From positions 148,986,001-149,050,000 of the forward strand of contig NC_042999.1 of NCBI RefSeq assembly GCF_006345805.1: DNA of 64,000 bases, given 5' to 3'. Made by a program: the position numbers and the translations under genes. This document shows, piece after piece, positions 48,641 through 60,717 of this stretch. The stretch comes from Octopus sinensis (taxonomy: Eukaryota). The notes under the pieces are model-generated. The model was given only the letters and a program-made list of their open reading frames with translations, was not told the origin of the DNA and did no database searches. The stretch's first letter is position 1. Every line of letters begins with the position of its first letter.

Positions 48641-49014
48641 ACTCAAGAAGACCCATACTCTGCAGCAAAAGTGTTAAGACCAATTCTTCTGGTGGTGTAA
48701 AATACTTGTGCTGGTGCCACACAAAAGCATCCATGTGGCAACACATAAAAGCATCTATGTAGTGCCATGTAAAAGTGCCCGTGCGGTGTCACATAAAAGC
48801 ATCTGTGTGGAACCACATAAAAGCGTCCATGTGGTGCCACATAAAAGCAGTCAGCCTACTCTGTAAAGAGATTGGCATTAGGAAGGGCATCCAGCCATAG
48901 AAAGCATGCCAAAGTAGACTGGAGTCTGGTGCAACTCCCCACCTTGCCAGCTCTGGTAAAACCGTCCAACACATGCCAGTATGGATAATGGACTTTAAAA
49001 ATGATGGTTAAAAA

Positions 49015-49075
49015 TAGTGGTTAAGATCCCTGGCTTTCACCCAGGCGGTCCCAGGTTAGTTTCCTGACATGGGAA
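49015..49075 (+). tRNA. 5'-truncated tRNA-Glu(TTC) pseudogene or tRNA-derived head
   Basis: TAGTGGTTAAGATCCCTGG-CTTTCAC-CCAGG...CATGGGAA closely follows metazoan tRNA-Glu-TTC. Anticodon stem CCTGG/CCAGG is perfect with TTC at 49036-49038. The first ~12 nt are missing, the T loop is mutated and there is no CCA. Confidence 0.75.
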
Positions 49076-49110
49076 ATTGTTCAGCTTAGATATACTTGGA
49101 GACTGTCAGA

Positions 49111-49174
49111 ATGATGCAGACGCCTCTGAGGAGAACCAGATGTGGTTCGAAAATCGATTAGGGTTCTTCATCAT
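49111..49174 (+). ncRNA. Type I minimal hammerhead ribozyme (Penelope-type), core intact
   Basis: CTGAGGA-GAACC-agatgt-GGTTC-GAAA-ATCGAT-TA. Stem I atgatgcagacgcct / gggttcttcatcat. Predicted UUA cleavage after 49160. Confidence 0.75.
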
Positions 49175-50380
49175 ATTTTTAATGGCAGTGCATCAGCACG
49201 GCCGCAGCTCTAAGCTGAAACTACAGAAAGAAAAATATATGTATATATATCATCATCATCATCATCATCGTTTAACGTCCGTTCTCCATGCTAGCATGGG
49301 TTGGATGGTTCGACCGGGGATCTGGGAAGCCAGAAGGCTGCACCAGGCTCCAGTCTTATCTGGCAATATTTCTACAGCTGGATGCCCTTCCTAACGCCAA
49401 CCACTCCGTGAGTGTAGTGGGTGCTTTTTACGTGCCATCTGCACAGGTGCCAGGCAAGGCTGGCAACGGCCACGGTCAGATTGGTGTATTTTATGTGCCA
49501 CGGAAACCAGTCGAGGCGGCGCTGGCATCGGCCACGAGTCGGATAGTGCTTTTTACGTACCACCAGACCAGGGATCCTGGCTGGTTCAATTCGATTTCGA
49601 TTTCGCTTGCCCCAACATGTCTTCGCAAGCAAAGGGGGTTGGCATGGGTGCCTGTCGTACGGTTGGATTGGTGTATTTTACATATATATAGACACACACA
49701 CACACACAGAGGCATGGCTGTGTGGTTAAGAAACCTGCTTCCTAACCATGTGGTCTTGGATTTTGTCCCTTTGCGCAGTGCCTTAAGCAAGTATCTTCTA
49801 CTATAGCCTCGGGCCGACCAAAGCCTTGTGAATGGATTTGGTAGACAGAAACTGAAAGAAGCCTGTCGTATATATATGTATTTGTGCATGTATACTCTTC
49901 TCTGGACATCACATGATGGTTGTAAATAAATATCAGCATCATACAAGCCGGCTTGTTCATTTTCAGTCTGCCATGAAAAACACGCCTGGCCATTGGGTAA
50001 TATTTCCTTTCTTGGGAATAGCTGTAGAAAATCTGACTCAACAAATTCTGTCTGATCTATGCAAGCATGGAAAAGTGGACATTAAATGATGATGATGATG
50101 ATGATGATCTGTTTAAATTGCAATGATGTTTATATCTTGTTATTTAATGATTGTGATGAAGAAAGAAACCTTGACCATGCTAGTTAGATAAGACTGGAAC
50201 TTGTACGAGACAAAATACTTTCATTTTAAGCCTATTGTTGTTTGGTGTCAAGTCAGCTCAGATCAAGTCAAGTAAACTTACAATCAAAAACATTCGAGGC
50301 CATAATCACTCCATCTCATTTTTGAGAAGAGAGAACTAATGGGTACTTTATTCAGTATGTTCCTTTTGTTCCAGTGTGCA

Positions 50381-50564
50381 CAAGGGGTTGCTGAAAAGTT
50401 CCTGGCTTTAAGGGTATCCCAAAAGGCCAGGACTTAGAAAAACTGAAGGACAGCTGCAATAGGTATGTAAATCTGAAAAGGGAATATGTTGAATAAAATC
50501 ATAATTAACTGATCTGCCTATATTTTCTTTTACTCAAAGCCAGGAACTTTTTAGTACCCCCTTG
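50381..50564. mobile_element. mariner-derived MITE
   Basis: TIRs caaggggttgctgaaaagttcctggcttt / aaagccaggaactttttagtacccccttg|TA. Confidence 0.75.
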
Positions 50565-50744
50565 TATAAGGGAGATGTAGGTTCTGTCTCTAGCAGGTTC
50601 GGTCTATGTAGAGGCTCCCTCATCAGAACAGTTTTCTTTATGATGATGATTTCATCATTGTCATCTTTTAATGCCCACTTTCCAATGCTTGCATGGGTCA
50701 GACGAATTTTGTTGAGGCAGATTTTCTATGATGAAACACATTGT

Positions 50745-52790
50745 CACAGAATCATCATCATTGTTTAACGTGCGCTTTCCATGCTAGCATGGGTTGGATG
50801 ATTTGACTGAGGGCTGGCGAACCAGATGGCTGCACCAGGCTTCAATCTTGATCTGGCAGAGTTTCTACAGCTGGATGTCCTTCCTAATGCCAACCATTCC
50901 GAGAGTGTAGTGGGTGCTATTACATGCCACCAGCACGGGGCCAGTCAGGCGGTACTGGCAACAACCTCGCTCGAATCTTACACATGCCACCGGCACAGGT
51001 GCCAGTAAGGCTATGCTGGTAACGATCAAGCTTGAATGGTGCCTTTTACATGCCACCGGCACGGAGGCCAGATAGCCGCTCTGGCAATGATCACGCTTGA
51101 ATGGTGCTTTATACGTGTCACCGGCACAGAAGCCAGTTAGCTGCTCTGACAATGATCACACTCAGATGATGCTCTTAGTGCTCCACTAGCACAGATGCCA
51201 GTCATAGAATTTGATTTTGATTTCACTTGCCTCAACAGGTCTTCACAAGCAGAGTTTAGTGTCCAATGAAGGAAAGGTACTCATAAGTGGGCTGGTTACA
51301 CCCCTGGCATAAGCCACAGGTTATGGTCTCACTTGGCTTGCCAGATTTTCTCAAGCACAGCTTATTTCCAAAGGTCTTGGTCACTAGTCATTGCCTTGGT
51401 GGGGGCCTAATGTTCAAAGGTCGTACTTCACCACCTCATCCCTGGTCTTCCTGGGTCTACTTCTTCCACAGGTTCCCTCAACCGCTAGGGTGTGGCACTT
51501 TTTCACAAAGCTATGCTCATTTATTTTTGCCACATGACCATACCAGCGTAGTCGTTTCTCTTACATACCACATCTAATGCTTCTTAGGTCCAACTTTTCT
51601 CTCAAAGTACTTACACTCTGTCGAGTATGTCCTGCTGGACATACTGGCTTCATTCCTTCAGAGCTTACGCATGTCCTCAGCAGTCACCGCCCATGTTTCA
51701 CTGACATGTAGCATGGTTGTTCGTACACATGCGTCATACAGTCTACCTTTTACTCTGAGTAGGAGGCCCTTTGTTACCAGCAGAGGTAAGATCTCTCTAA
51801 CTTTGCCCAGGCTATTCTTATTCTAGCAGCTACACTTTCAGTGCGCCCACCCCATTACTGACTTAGTCACCTAGGTAACGGAAACTATCAACTACTTCTA
51901 GTATTTCTCCCTGGAATATGGCAGAAGTTGTTCTCTGCACATTTTCAGTGCTTATTGCTCCTGAGCATCTGCCACATACAAAAACTATCTTCCCAGCTAG
52001 CCTTCCTTTGATATTGCTGCACCTCTTATGTGTCCATAGCTTAACATCTTATAGGATACATCTTATAGAGTTTCTACCTACGCCTTTTCTACAGATTGAG
52101 CAGGGCCATCTACCTGAAGGAATTTGTGGTTTGTCTGCCTTCCTACTTACTAGGACTTTAGTTTTAGCTGGGTTGACTCTAAGGCCCTTCGATTCTAATC
52201 CTTGCTTCCACACCTGAAACTTCTCTAGTTCCCTGCCCAGAAAATTTTGTACCTGTGTTCTTTGCTTGTGAGGAACCTAGCGGAACCTCCTCTCCACCTT
52301 ATTTCTTGGAGGCAGCTCAAATCGACACATCTCAACAATCTTACCAGACCTACATTTCAGTGTGCCGACATTGAGAGTGCCAACCCTGAGGGTGTGGGAG
52401 GTGTGGGCTTGCGAGACCCTGGGACGGGGGACAGTAGCATCATGTACCTGAAAAGAAAGTTCGCATTTGGCAGAATTCATAAACAAACAATAGCCTTCAA
52501 TTCAACCTGCATACACTACACCATCATATTTATGCACTATATGATCACTACCTTACATAGGAGATAAACCCTAAGTAGTGGGTCATCGGAGACAACCAAA
52601 GGATGACAGAAGAGAGGAACTCACGGTACAGGTTGAGGGGGTGGGAGGACAGGCGTACCGCGAACTAGCAAATTTAGACGAGAGCATCTTCTGGATACAT
52701 ATTCTTTTGGCGGAGGTATTAAAAATCGAGTAGGGGAATCCAAGTGCATGTGCTAGTTTATATAGGGTGGTGGTGGTGAAGTCTTGGCAA
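50745..52790 (-). mobile_element. Internally deleted RTE LINE (APE N-terminus joined to the post-RT region, plus 3' UTR)
   Basis: LRVGTLNVGTLKCRSG...RYKIFWAG is joined at about 52230 to WKQGLESKGLRVNPAKTKV...EVVDSFRYLGD...RLRWYGHV. The 3' end is the common SINE-like tail. Confidence 0.85.
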
Positions 52791-52822
52791 AGCAAGTGGT
52801 AATCAGAAGAGAGAGAGAGCCA

Positions 52823-52869
<47 letters not shown>

Positions 52870-54413
52870 GACAGGCTTTTTCAGTTTCTTTCTACCAAAT
52901 CCTCTCATAAGACTTTGGTCTGCTGGGGCTATGGTAAAAGACACTTGCCTAAGGTACTGTGCAGTGGGACTGAACCCAGAACCATGTCTTTGGCAAGCAA
53001 GCTTCTTAACCAACCGACCATACCTGTGTCTATTTACAAATATTTCACCATCATATGAAATATATTGATTTGTTATCTGAACACTATTCAGCTATATTAG
53101 ATTAAGCACAAGGCCACAAGTTTATGTTATAAATGATGAATGGCAAAGTCAACCCTGGCATGACTTAAACATGGAATGTAACTAAACACCACAAGCTCTA
53201 CCAGTTCTGACACCACTCTATTCATTTCTTCAAGATATTAAAATGGTATTTTGATTTATTATAAAAGAAGTCATTAACCCTTTTGTTACCAACCCGGCCA
53301 AAACCGGCTCTGGCTCTGTAGTACAAATGTCTCATTTTCAAAAGTTCTGAATTAATATCTTCCACCAAACCTTAGTCACAATTTATGTTCCTAACACTAG
53401 CTTAGTGATAACTAAGTTATTTTACTAAATTCTTTGTTATATTTAAAATAATTGAAAGAAACACAAAGCATCTCAAAATAAATACAGTAACGAAAGGGTT
53501 AAGATATTTTTTCTTCCAAGTTTGAAATATTCTAATACCATAATTTGGGTAAAGGAAATATTCTATAAACATCTTTGTCGGGCAGTTCTGAGCAACTCTG
53601 AACCAGTTTATTATAAATCAGTGAACAAAACCAGTAAATATGAAGACCAGATTTTAAAATATTGAACAGTGGTTCTCAACCATTTTTTACCTAAGGACTA
53701 GTGGCAGCTCATGTATAGGAACTGTAGAACTGCAGCACCCCCTATTTCTGCTTGATATTATCTACAACATTCAATACAATGAGTCCTGTTATCTTTAATT
53801 CTTTCTTTATACTTGTACATTATATAATCCTTAAGCTTAATGTCAGTAGACATCCCCTAGTTTATGAAAAAAATACAAAACTCCTTGTATAAAATATGCT
53901 CTTCACAGTTCCAGCAACGCGGTGATTGGCTATTGTACGCATGTTCACCTATTCGAGGGAAAGAGAGCACTACGCGAACGACAGTGTTGACCCCAGTGTT
54001 CCAGTGGAAGGTAGTGTTTCTTTTTGACTATATATATCATCATCGTTTAACGTCCGTTTTCCATGCTAGCATGGGTTGGACAGTTCAACAGGGGTCTGGG
54101 AAGCCAGAAGGCTGTGCCGGGCCCAGTCTGATCTGGCAGTGTTTCTACAGCTGGATGCCCTTCCTAACGCCAACCACTCCGTGAGTGTAGTGGGTGCTTT
54201 TTACGTGCCACTGGCACGGGGGCCAGACAAGGCTGGCAAGGGGAGAAAGAAAGTGAACTTTGAGCGAAAAATTAAAAAATAACTTTCAGGGACAGTAGTG
54301 GTTTATCGAGGGGGAAGGTTGTGGATTTTTTCCATATCGAAGTATAAGCTGAAAGAGTTCTTTTTATATTTCACGGTAGGTGACCAGGGTTGCCAGGTGT
54401 GCGAATAAGAATA

Positions 54414-54748
54414 CAGGAGTTATGGATTGGAGTAGGTAAGATCCAGGTTATGTATGTTTCATAGCAAGCAGAACCTTAGAAGTGGTAAAAATCCAAGCGA
54501 GGTGTATACCATCAGGTAGGTACACTTCAGGCCAAGGATATCTTGATTAAATTTGAATCTGATTGAATTTTCCATGCGTCAACATGAACCTCCTTGTGAC
54601 AATGTAACCTTTAATTTAATCAAGATGTCCTTATCCTGAAAAGTACCCAGTGGTATACACCTCACTTGGATTTTTACCATTTCTGAAGTTACGCTTGCTA
54701 TGAAACATATGTAGCCTGGATCTTACCTACTCCATTTTGTAACTCTTG
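54414..54748. mobile_element. Fold-back MITE with ~140-bp arms
   Basis: TA-flanked; 54414-54553 is the reverse complement of 54613-54748 with scattered mismatches. Confidence 0.85.
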
Positions 54749-54865
54749 TATATATATATGTATATCATCATCATCATCATCGTTTAGCATCCGCTTTCCA
54801 TGCTAGCATGGGTTGGACGGTTCAACTGGGATCTGGGAAGCCAGAAGGCTGCACCAGGCCCAGTT

Positions 54866-55060
54866 GAGGTTTCTTTGCACATGCGCGCGATTTATACATA
54901 CTGCGAATGTGCAAAAATCGAAACGAATCGGAGCGTCAAATATCTGTTTTGAAAATTCCTCTTCAACGTCTATCTTTCTCTAAAGTTCGTGACGCTCTTT
55001 TGATGTGTGCCTCGTAAGGAAGAGGCGAATTTTGCGAAATATATACCATAAGGATAAACA
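54866..55060. promoter_or_regulatory. CpG-rich unique segment, candidate promoter
   Basis: High CpG density in an otherwise CpG-poor window, and an NRF1-like tgcacatgcgcg. No transcript evidence. Confidence 0.3.
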
Positions 55061-55846
55061 AAATGAGCTAAATAATGATTAAAGTTAAGTAAAGGAAATA
55101 AGGGCAACAATGAAATTTAGAGCAAAAGGGGTTTTAAGCATATCAAAAATGCAGGGTTGTATGGTAACTTTAGTAGAGTATACGTGTGTTGATGGTAAAA
55201 ACATTGATCCGATATACATTTCGGAAGTTATATATAGTTTCTCATTTCTTTGTAGAAAGTTAGATCGGAAAAGAAGGCACTTTTATATAACTTGACATCG
55301 CTAAATAATTTATGCTTTTTACAGACATCAACGGAAGGGCTTTGTGCTTTTATTTACACTATTAACAACTATGTAATCATTAATAATTGGGAAAAGTGAA
55401 AATGAAAATAGTGGACGAAAACCAATGTTAGATGACATCCAAGAAGAAAGTTGTGTGTTTAATACAAAAAGAAATAATAATAATAAATGGCTAAAGCATG
55501 AAAAATGGTTAGCATTATGAATAACGCCATTCCTTAAAGGTTTAGAAGCTAAGCATTAGGAGTAGCAGAAAATAACGAGGGATTAACTTATCAAAATAGT
55601 AATAATAATAAAATACTATTGATTTCTGTTAATAATATTAATAATAAAGATGCTTTTTTTTACATAAATATTTGTTATCCTATATTTTACCACGAAGCAA
55701 TAACAGAAAATATTGCAATACAAAACAACAATGAAATTGTTAAGATTTTTCTTTGTTATTTTGAAGAACCAAGTGTTTACATCATTATATAAATAAATAA
55801 ATATCATGCAACAATATAAAATGTTTCGTTGCTTTATGTTTACAAA

Positions 55847-55884
<38 letters not shown>

Positions 55885-56844
55885 CTGGGTTACATAAGGG
55901 TGGTGAGACAAAATGAGTAATTTCTGATTTCTCGTTATTTTCTCCATACCTGTTTCAAACAAGTATTGCACCATCATCATTTTGTATTGCTACATTATAT
56001 CTCTTATGATAATTTAGGAATAAAAATTAGTTAGCATAGTTGTTGTTGTTGAAGTTCAAAATCCTAAACATAAACAGGTGACAAGTACTTATTTTTCAAG
56101 AAATTTTTCCTCAACTTTGACCCGTTTGCAATTGAGGTTGAGAACTAAGTATCTGGATAAGTTTTGGTATTTAATTTTTTCTCTTTAATTCTTTTCTCCG
56201 TTGGATTCCAAGTCATTGTCCCCCCCTCACACACACACTAATGATAATTTTCAAGTTTCAATAAAAATAATGTCTAAAGTGGGGTAAAATGAGTAATGAC
56301 ATGGTGTGTAAATGTATCATAAAGAGAAACACTCCAGCAGATCGCGAAGAAGCTATAGGGAATATTTTCTTTTCTTTTTTTTTATTTAGTCGACTTTCGT
56401 TAATTTCATATCATTTGCCATTTTCCCCTAATCCTCTTTCATTTGACCTAGATATTATTTTTTTTATTTCTGATGTCTAAGGATGAATATCGATGTATAT
56501 GAGTGTTTTCAAATGTAATTCTGGAGAATTGAAGTAGCAAATTTTACCTTATCTTGTCTTACTCATTTTGCCCCATCCAAATTTATCTTTTATACGCTCA
56601 AAGAGAACAGCGATAATTTTCAGAAAGCGATCAGATTATGTTATAATGCTTTTAATGCATTTCGGGAAGGCCAATTCCTTAGCTTATATAGCTTTTGTAA
56701 AGAAGTGAACATTTATAAAAAAATTTTTTTTTGTCAAAAATTCAATAAAAACTCATCGTGCTCCCCCACACCATATATAAATATATACATACACACGTAC
56801 ACAAATATTATGCAAGAACACTAGTGTCTCGTGTACTTATATGC

Positions 56845-56887
<43 letters not shown>

Positions 56888-57850
56888 ACATATATATAGT
56901 ATGTGTCTATGTAGTGCCGTCTTAAAATATTGGCATACTGGATAGTTGCCCGGGTCCTCAGAGGTCTACGGGCCCAATTCTGATTAATGTATGTTGTGGT
57001 TTACTGTCAATAAATGATATAGGTCCTAGTACTTTGATTTGCCCGGAGGCCTATAATGCTACTAAAAAGGCCCTGTATGTACACACACAGATATCTATCT
57101 ATCTGTTTATACACTGTTCAGAATATATATACTTGTGTGAAGGAATGGAGGTAAAAATAAGCAAACAGAAATCGATGAAAATTTATAGATTAACGGGATT
57201 TCGTTATCGTTAAAAAAAAAAAAAAGAGAGAGAGAGAGAGAGAATAAAGAATCAATCATTAACAATTCTCTCTCCCTTCAAATCACCAATAAAAATTAAA
57301 ATAATTATAATCAGAATTACAAATATGGTAATAAACACAAGCGTAATTATATACATGTAGAATACAAAGAAAAATTGATAAGATTAAATATAAATATAAT
57401 AATACTAACCGATGTTTTAGTCTTGAAGTTGTGATAGCATAAAAGTAAAGGCTAAAAATGCAGTATATATATGTGGTGTGTATATGTATAATATATATAT
57501 ATACTTCAATATATATTTATAAATAGGTATGTATATATTATATGTGTCAAGGCAGCAAGCTAAAGTTAAAAATTTGGTGTAAGTCTTAAAAAAAAAAAAA
57601 ACAGCTGCCACAATTTTTTAGAAAATGATCAGAAACGATGAACTATAAACAACTGCTTAACTCGCGTAGTCTACCACAGTTGCTGGCTGCTACAGGGAGC
57701 TTCAAGTGAATGACATCGAGTGACGAGTAATGTGCGAATGTAGGTTTGGGCGAGTCGGTTTATGGTTTATGTGCTGTGTGTATTTCTCTCACACTATTTC
57801 TCTTTCACACACATACACACATAGTTCTCTCACTCCACGTGTACGTGTGT

Positions 57851-57897
<47 letters not shown>

Positions 57898-58366
57898 ACT
57901 GGTTTCTTTCAGTATACATATATATGTATATATATATTATATATATATATCATCATCATCGTTTAACGTCCGTTCTCCATGCTAGCATGGGTTGGACGGT
58001 TCGACTGGGGATCTGGGAAGCCAGCAGGCTGCACCAGGCTCCAGTCTTATCTGGCAATGTTTCTACAGCTGGATGCCCTTCCTAACGCCAACCACTCCGT
58101 GAGTGTAGTGGGTGCTTTTTACGTGCCACCCGCACAGGTGCCAGGCGAGGCTGGCAACGGCCACGGTCGGTTTGGTGCATTTTACGTGCCACCGGCACGG
58201 AAGCCAGTCAAGGTGGCGCTGGCATCGGCCACGATTCGGATAGTGCTTTTTACGTACCACCAGTCCAGGGGTCCTGGCATCTGCCGGGTGCCAGTCATAG
58301 GATTGATTCAATTTCGATTCCGATATTCGATTTCGATTTCGATTTCACTTGCCCCAACATGTCTTC

Positions 58367-58403
<37 letters not shown>

Positions 58404-58910
58404 ATAATATATATATATATATCATCATCGTTTAACGTCCGTTCTCCATGGGTTGGACGGTTCGACCGGGGATCTGGGAAGCCAGAAGGCTGCACTAGGC
58501 TCCAGTCTGATCTGGCAGTGTTTCTACAGCTGGATGCCCTTCCTAACGCCAACCACTCCGTGAGTGTAGTGGGTGCTTTTTACGTGCCTCCTGCACAGGT
58601 GCCAGGCGAGGCTGGCAATGGTCACAATCGGATTGGTGCATTTTACGTGCCACCGGCACGTATATATATAAGTGAAAGAATGGAGTCGAACGACGATTTT
58701 AACAAAATTCCTTTATTCTCGACATTTTGTTAAAATCGTAGTTCGACTCCATTCTTTCACTTATTTATAGTTAAAAAAGCACACAAATTTCCACACGAAA
58801 ACACATGATTTCTGCCCCTGCATGCAGCTTCAACCGTGTTTTCTGACGTGAATTCGCTACCCGGGTATCGGTTAGCCGAATTGTCCATACTAAGATAATC
58901 CATTCACCTA

Positions 58911-58914
<4 letters not shown>

Positions 58915-58994
<80 letters not shown>

Positions 58995-59003
58995 AAATAT
59001 ATA

Positions 59004-59035
<32 letters not shown>

Positions 59036-59040
59036 ATATA
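58915..59040. repeat. Long (TA)n/(TG)n microsatellite (representative; others at 2995, 8010, 12215, 27475, 37350, 47945, 52826, 57850, 58368)
   Basis: Visible directly in the sequence. Confidence 0.95.
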
Positions 59041-59399
59041 TATGTTGGCGTTAGGAAGGGCATTCAGCCATAGAAACCATGCCAGATCAGACTGGAGTCT
59101 GGTGTAGCCCCGTTAAATGATGATGATGATGATGTGCGTTTGTCTTTCTGTCTGTGCCTATACAGGCAATGTCGATTTGATGGCGGGTGTGAGCTTATGT
59201 AAACACAAACATTTGTTCCCTATAATGTTTGATCACTATAAATTATTTGTGTTATTTTTCAGCAACAAATTGAGGAACCCTCATCCATCATTTAATGATG
59301 GGAGAGTTCATAATGTGTGTGTGTGCATATATGTTGATGTTTGTTTTCATGTTCAGTTATGATAAAAACAATTTTACATAAATCTGATGGGTTTCTCTG

Positions 59400-60000
59400 T
59401 ACTTTTGTAGAGTACAAATTTATTATTCTCAAACAAGTATATTATTGACAGGGACAGTGGCCAATTAAACCATTGTTGGACTGTGATGCCTTGAAGTTAA
59501 TCTTGGCTGCATATAATCTCTGTTGAGTTAAAATCCTCCTTGGTGTTTGGATTTTTGAGAGGAGTGGTAATTAAGTTTTTGGGTGGGTTGTTAAGGAGAG
59601 GTGTTTTGGAGAAATTTTTATTGATTAGATCTGGAGTTCTGTCATTGTTTAGAATTTTCTAATGTATGTAAAACTTTTAGGTGTGATTTTTTTTTGCTTG
59701 GTAGGTATGGGATATATCAGTAGTTTTAGTTATTTCTGGTTTTGGTAGATTTAATCCTTTTCTTTCACAATGTAAAGGTCAAAGGTTCAAAGTTTAGTTG
59801 TTAGTATAGAAATTTGTTTATCATGGGCTTTGCTATTCACAAGAGGATGTGAGTTGTAAGGGTTTTTGGTCTGTATGTTTCTCTCTAGATATTCATTGCT
59901 CTGTAAGCAATTTGATTAGTATGATGAAATTTTAACCCTTGTGTTTTATGGGGGTAGAGATTGTGGGCTGTGTGTTTATAAATATTTCTTCAATTCTGTT
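59400..60000 (-). mobile_element. Possible degenerate Penelope-like ORF remnant
   Basis: A/C-rich minus strand with IPYLPS...LINKNFSK-like fragments and many stops. Confidence 0.3.
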
Positions 60001-60717
60001 TTGAACATAGATATTTTATAATGTATTGTTATTACTTGACAAATATCCTCACCTTCCAAATAAAAACAGGAAATACACTAAATAACAACAATGACAAATA
60101 AAGAAACTGACCAGATTAAACATTTAGGAGAGCTACATGAGTATCTCCCCTACAGCAAGAACCTTTTTTTGTCCCACCCCTTCCCTCATACCTATTTCTT
60201 TACTACCCACAAGGGGCTAAACACAGAGAGGACAAACAAAGACAGACAAACGGATTAAGTCGATTATATTGACCCCAGTACACTACTGGTACTTAATTTA
60301 TCGACCCTGAAAGGATGAAAGGCAAAGTCGACCTTGGCAGAATTTGAACTCAGAACGTTGTGGCAGACGAAATACCGCAAAGCATTTCGCCTGATGTGCT
60401 AATGGTTCTGCCAACTCACCGCCTTCCCTCATACCTTAGCCATCATCAACAAGCATAAATCCCTCCCCTTAGCGTTCATGGGCTCGCAAATTACTGATGG
60501 TACATCAAAAGCACTCATTGTGCTCTGTAAAGGGACTGGGATTAAGAAAGGCATCCAGATGTCGCAAGCATGCCAAAACAAACCCTGGACCACAATTCTG
60601 TCCTTGGACCAATCGGATCCTGTCAAACCATCTTCCCTATGCCAGAATTGAACATGGATGTTAAATAGTGATGCTAATGATCATATATATATATATTTAT
60701 ATATGTATGTTTATATA

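Noticed and set aside
50575-50635. Minus-strand CTGATGA-gg...cc-GAAC hammerhead-like motif with a 5-bp stem I
   Set aside because: GAAA is mutated to GAAC and the NUH triplet is absent; too degenerate to support.
55423-55520. Short plus-strand ORF MLDDIQEESCVFNTK... near the candidate promoter
   Set aside because: Only 31 codons, with no splice donor or recognisable homology.
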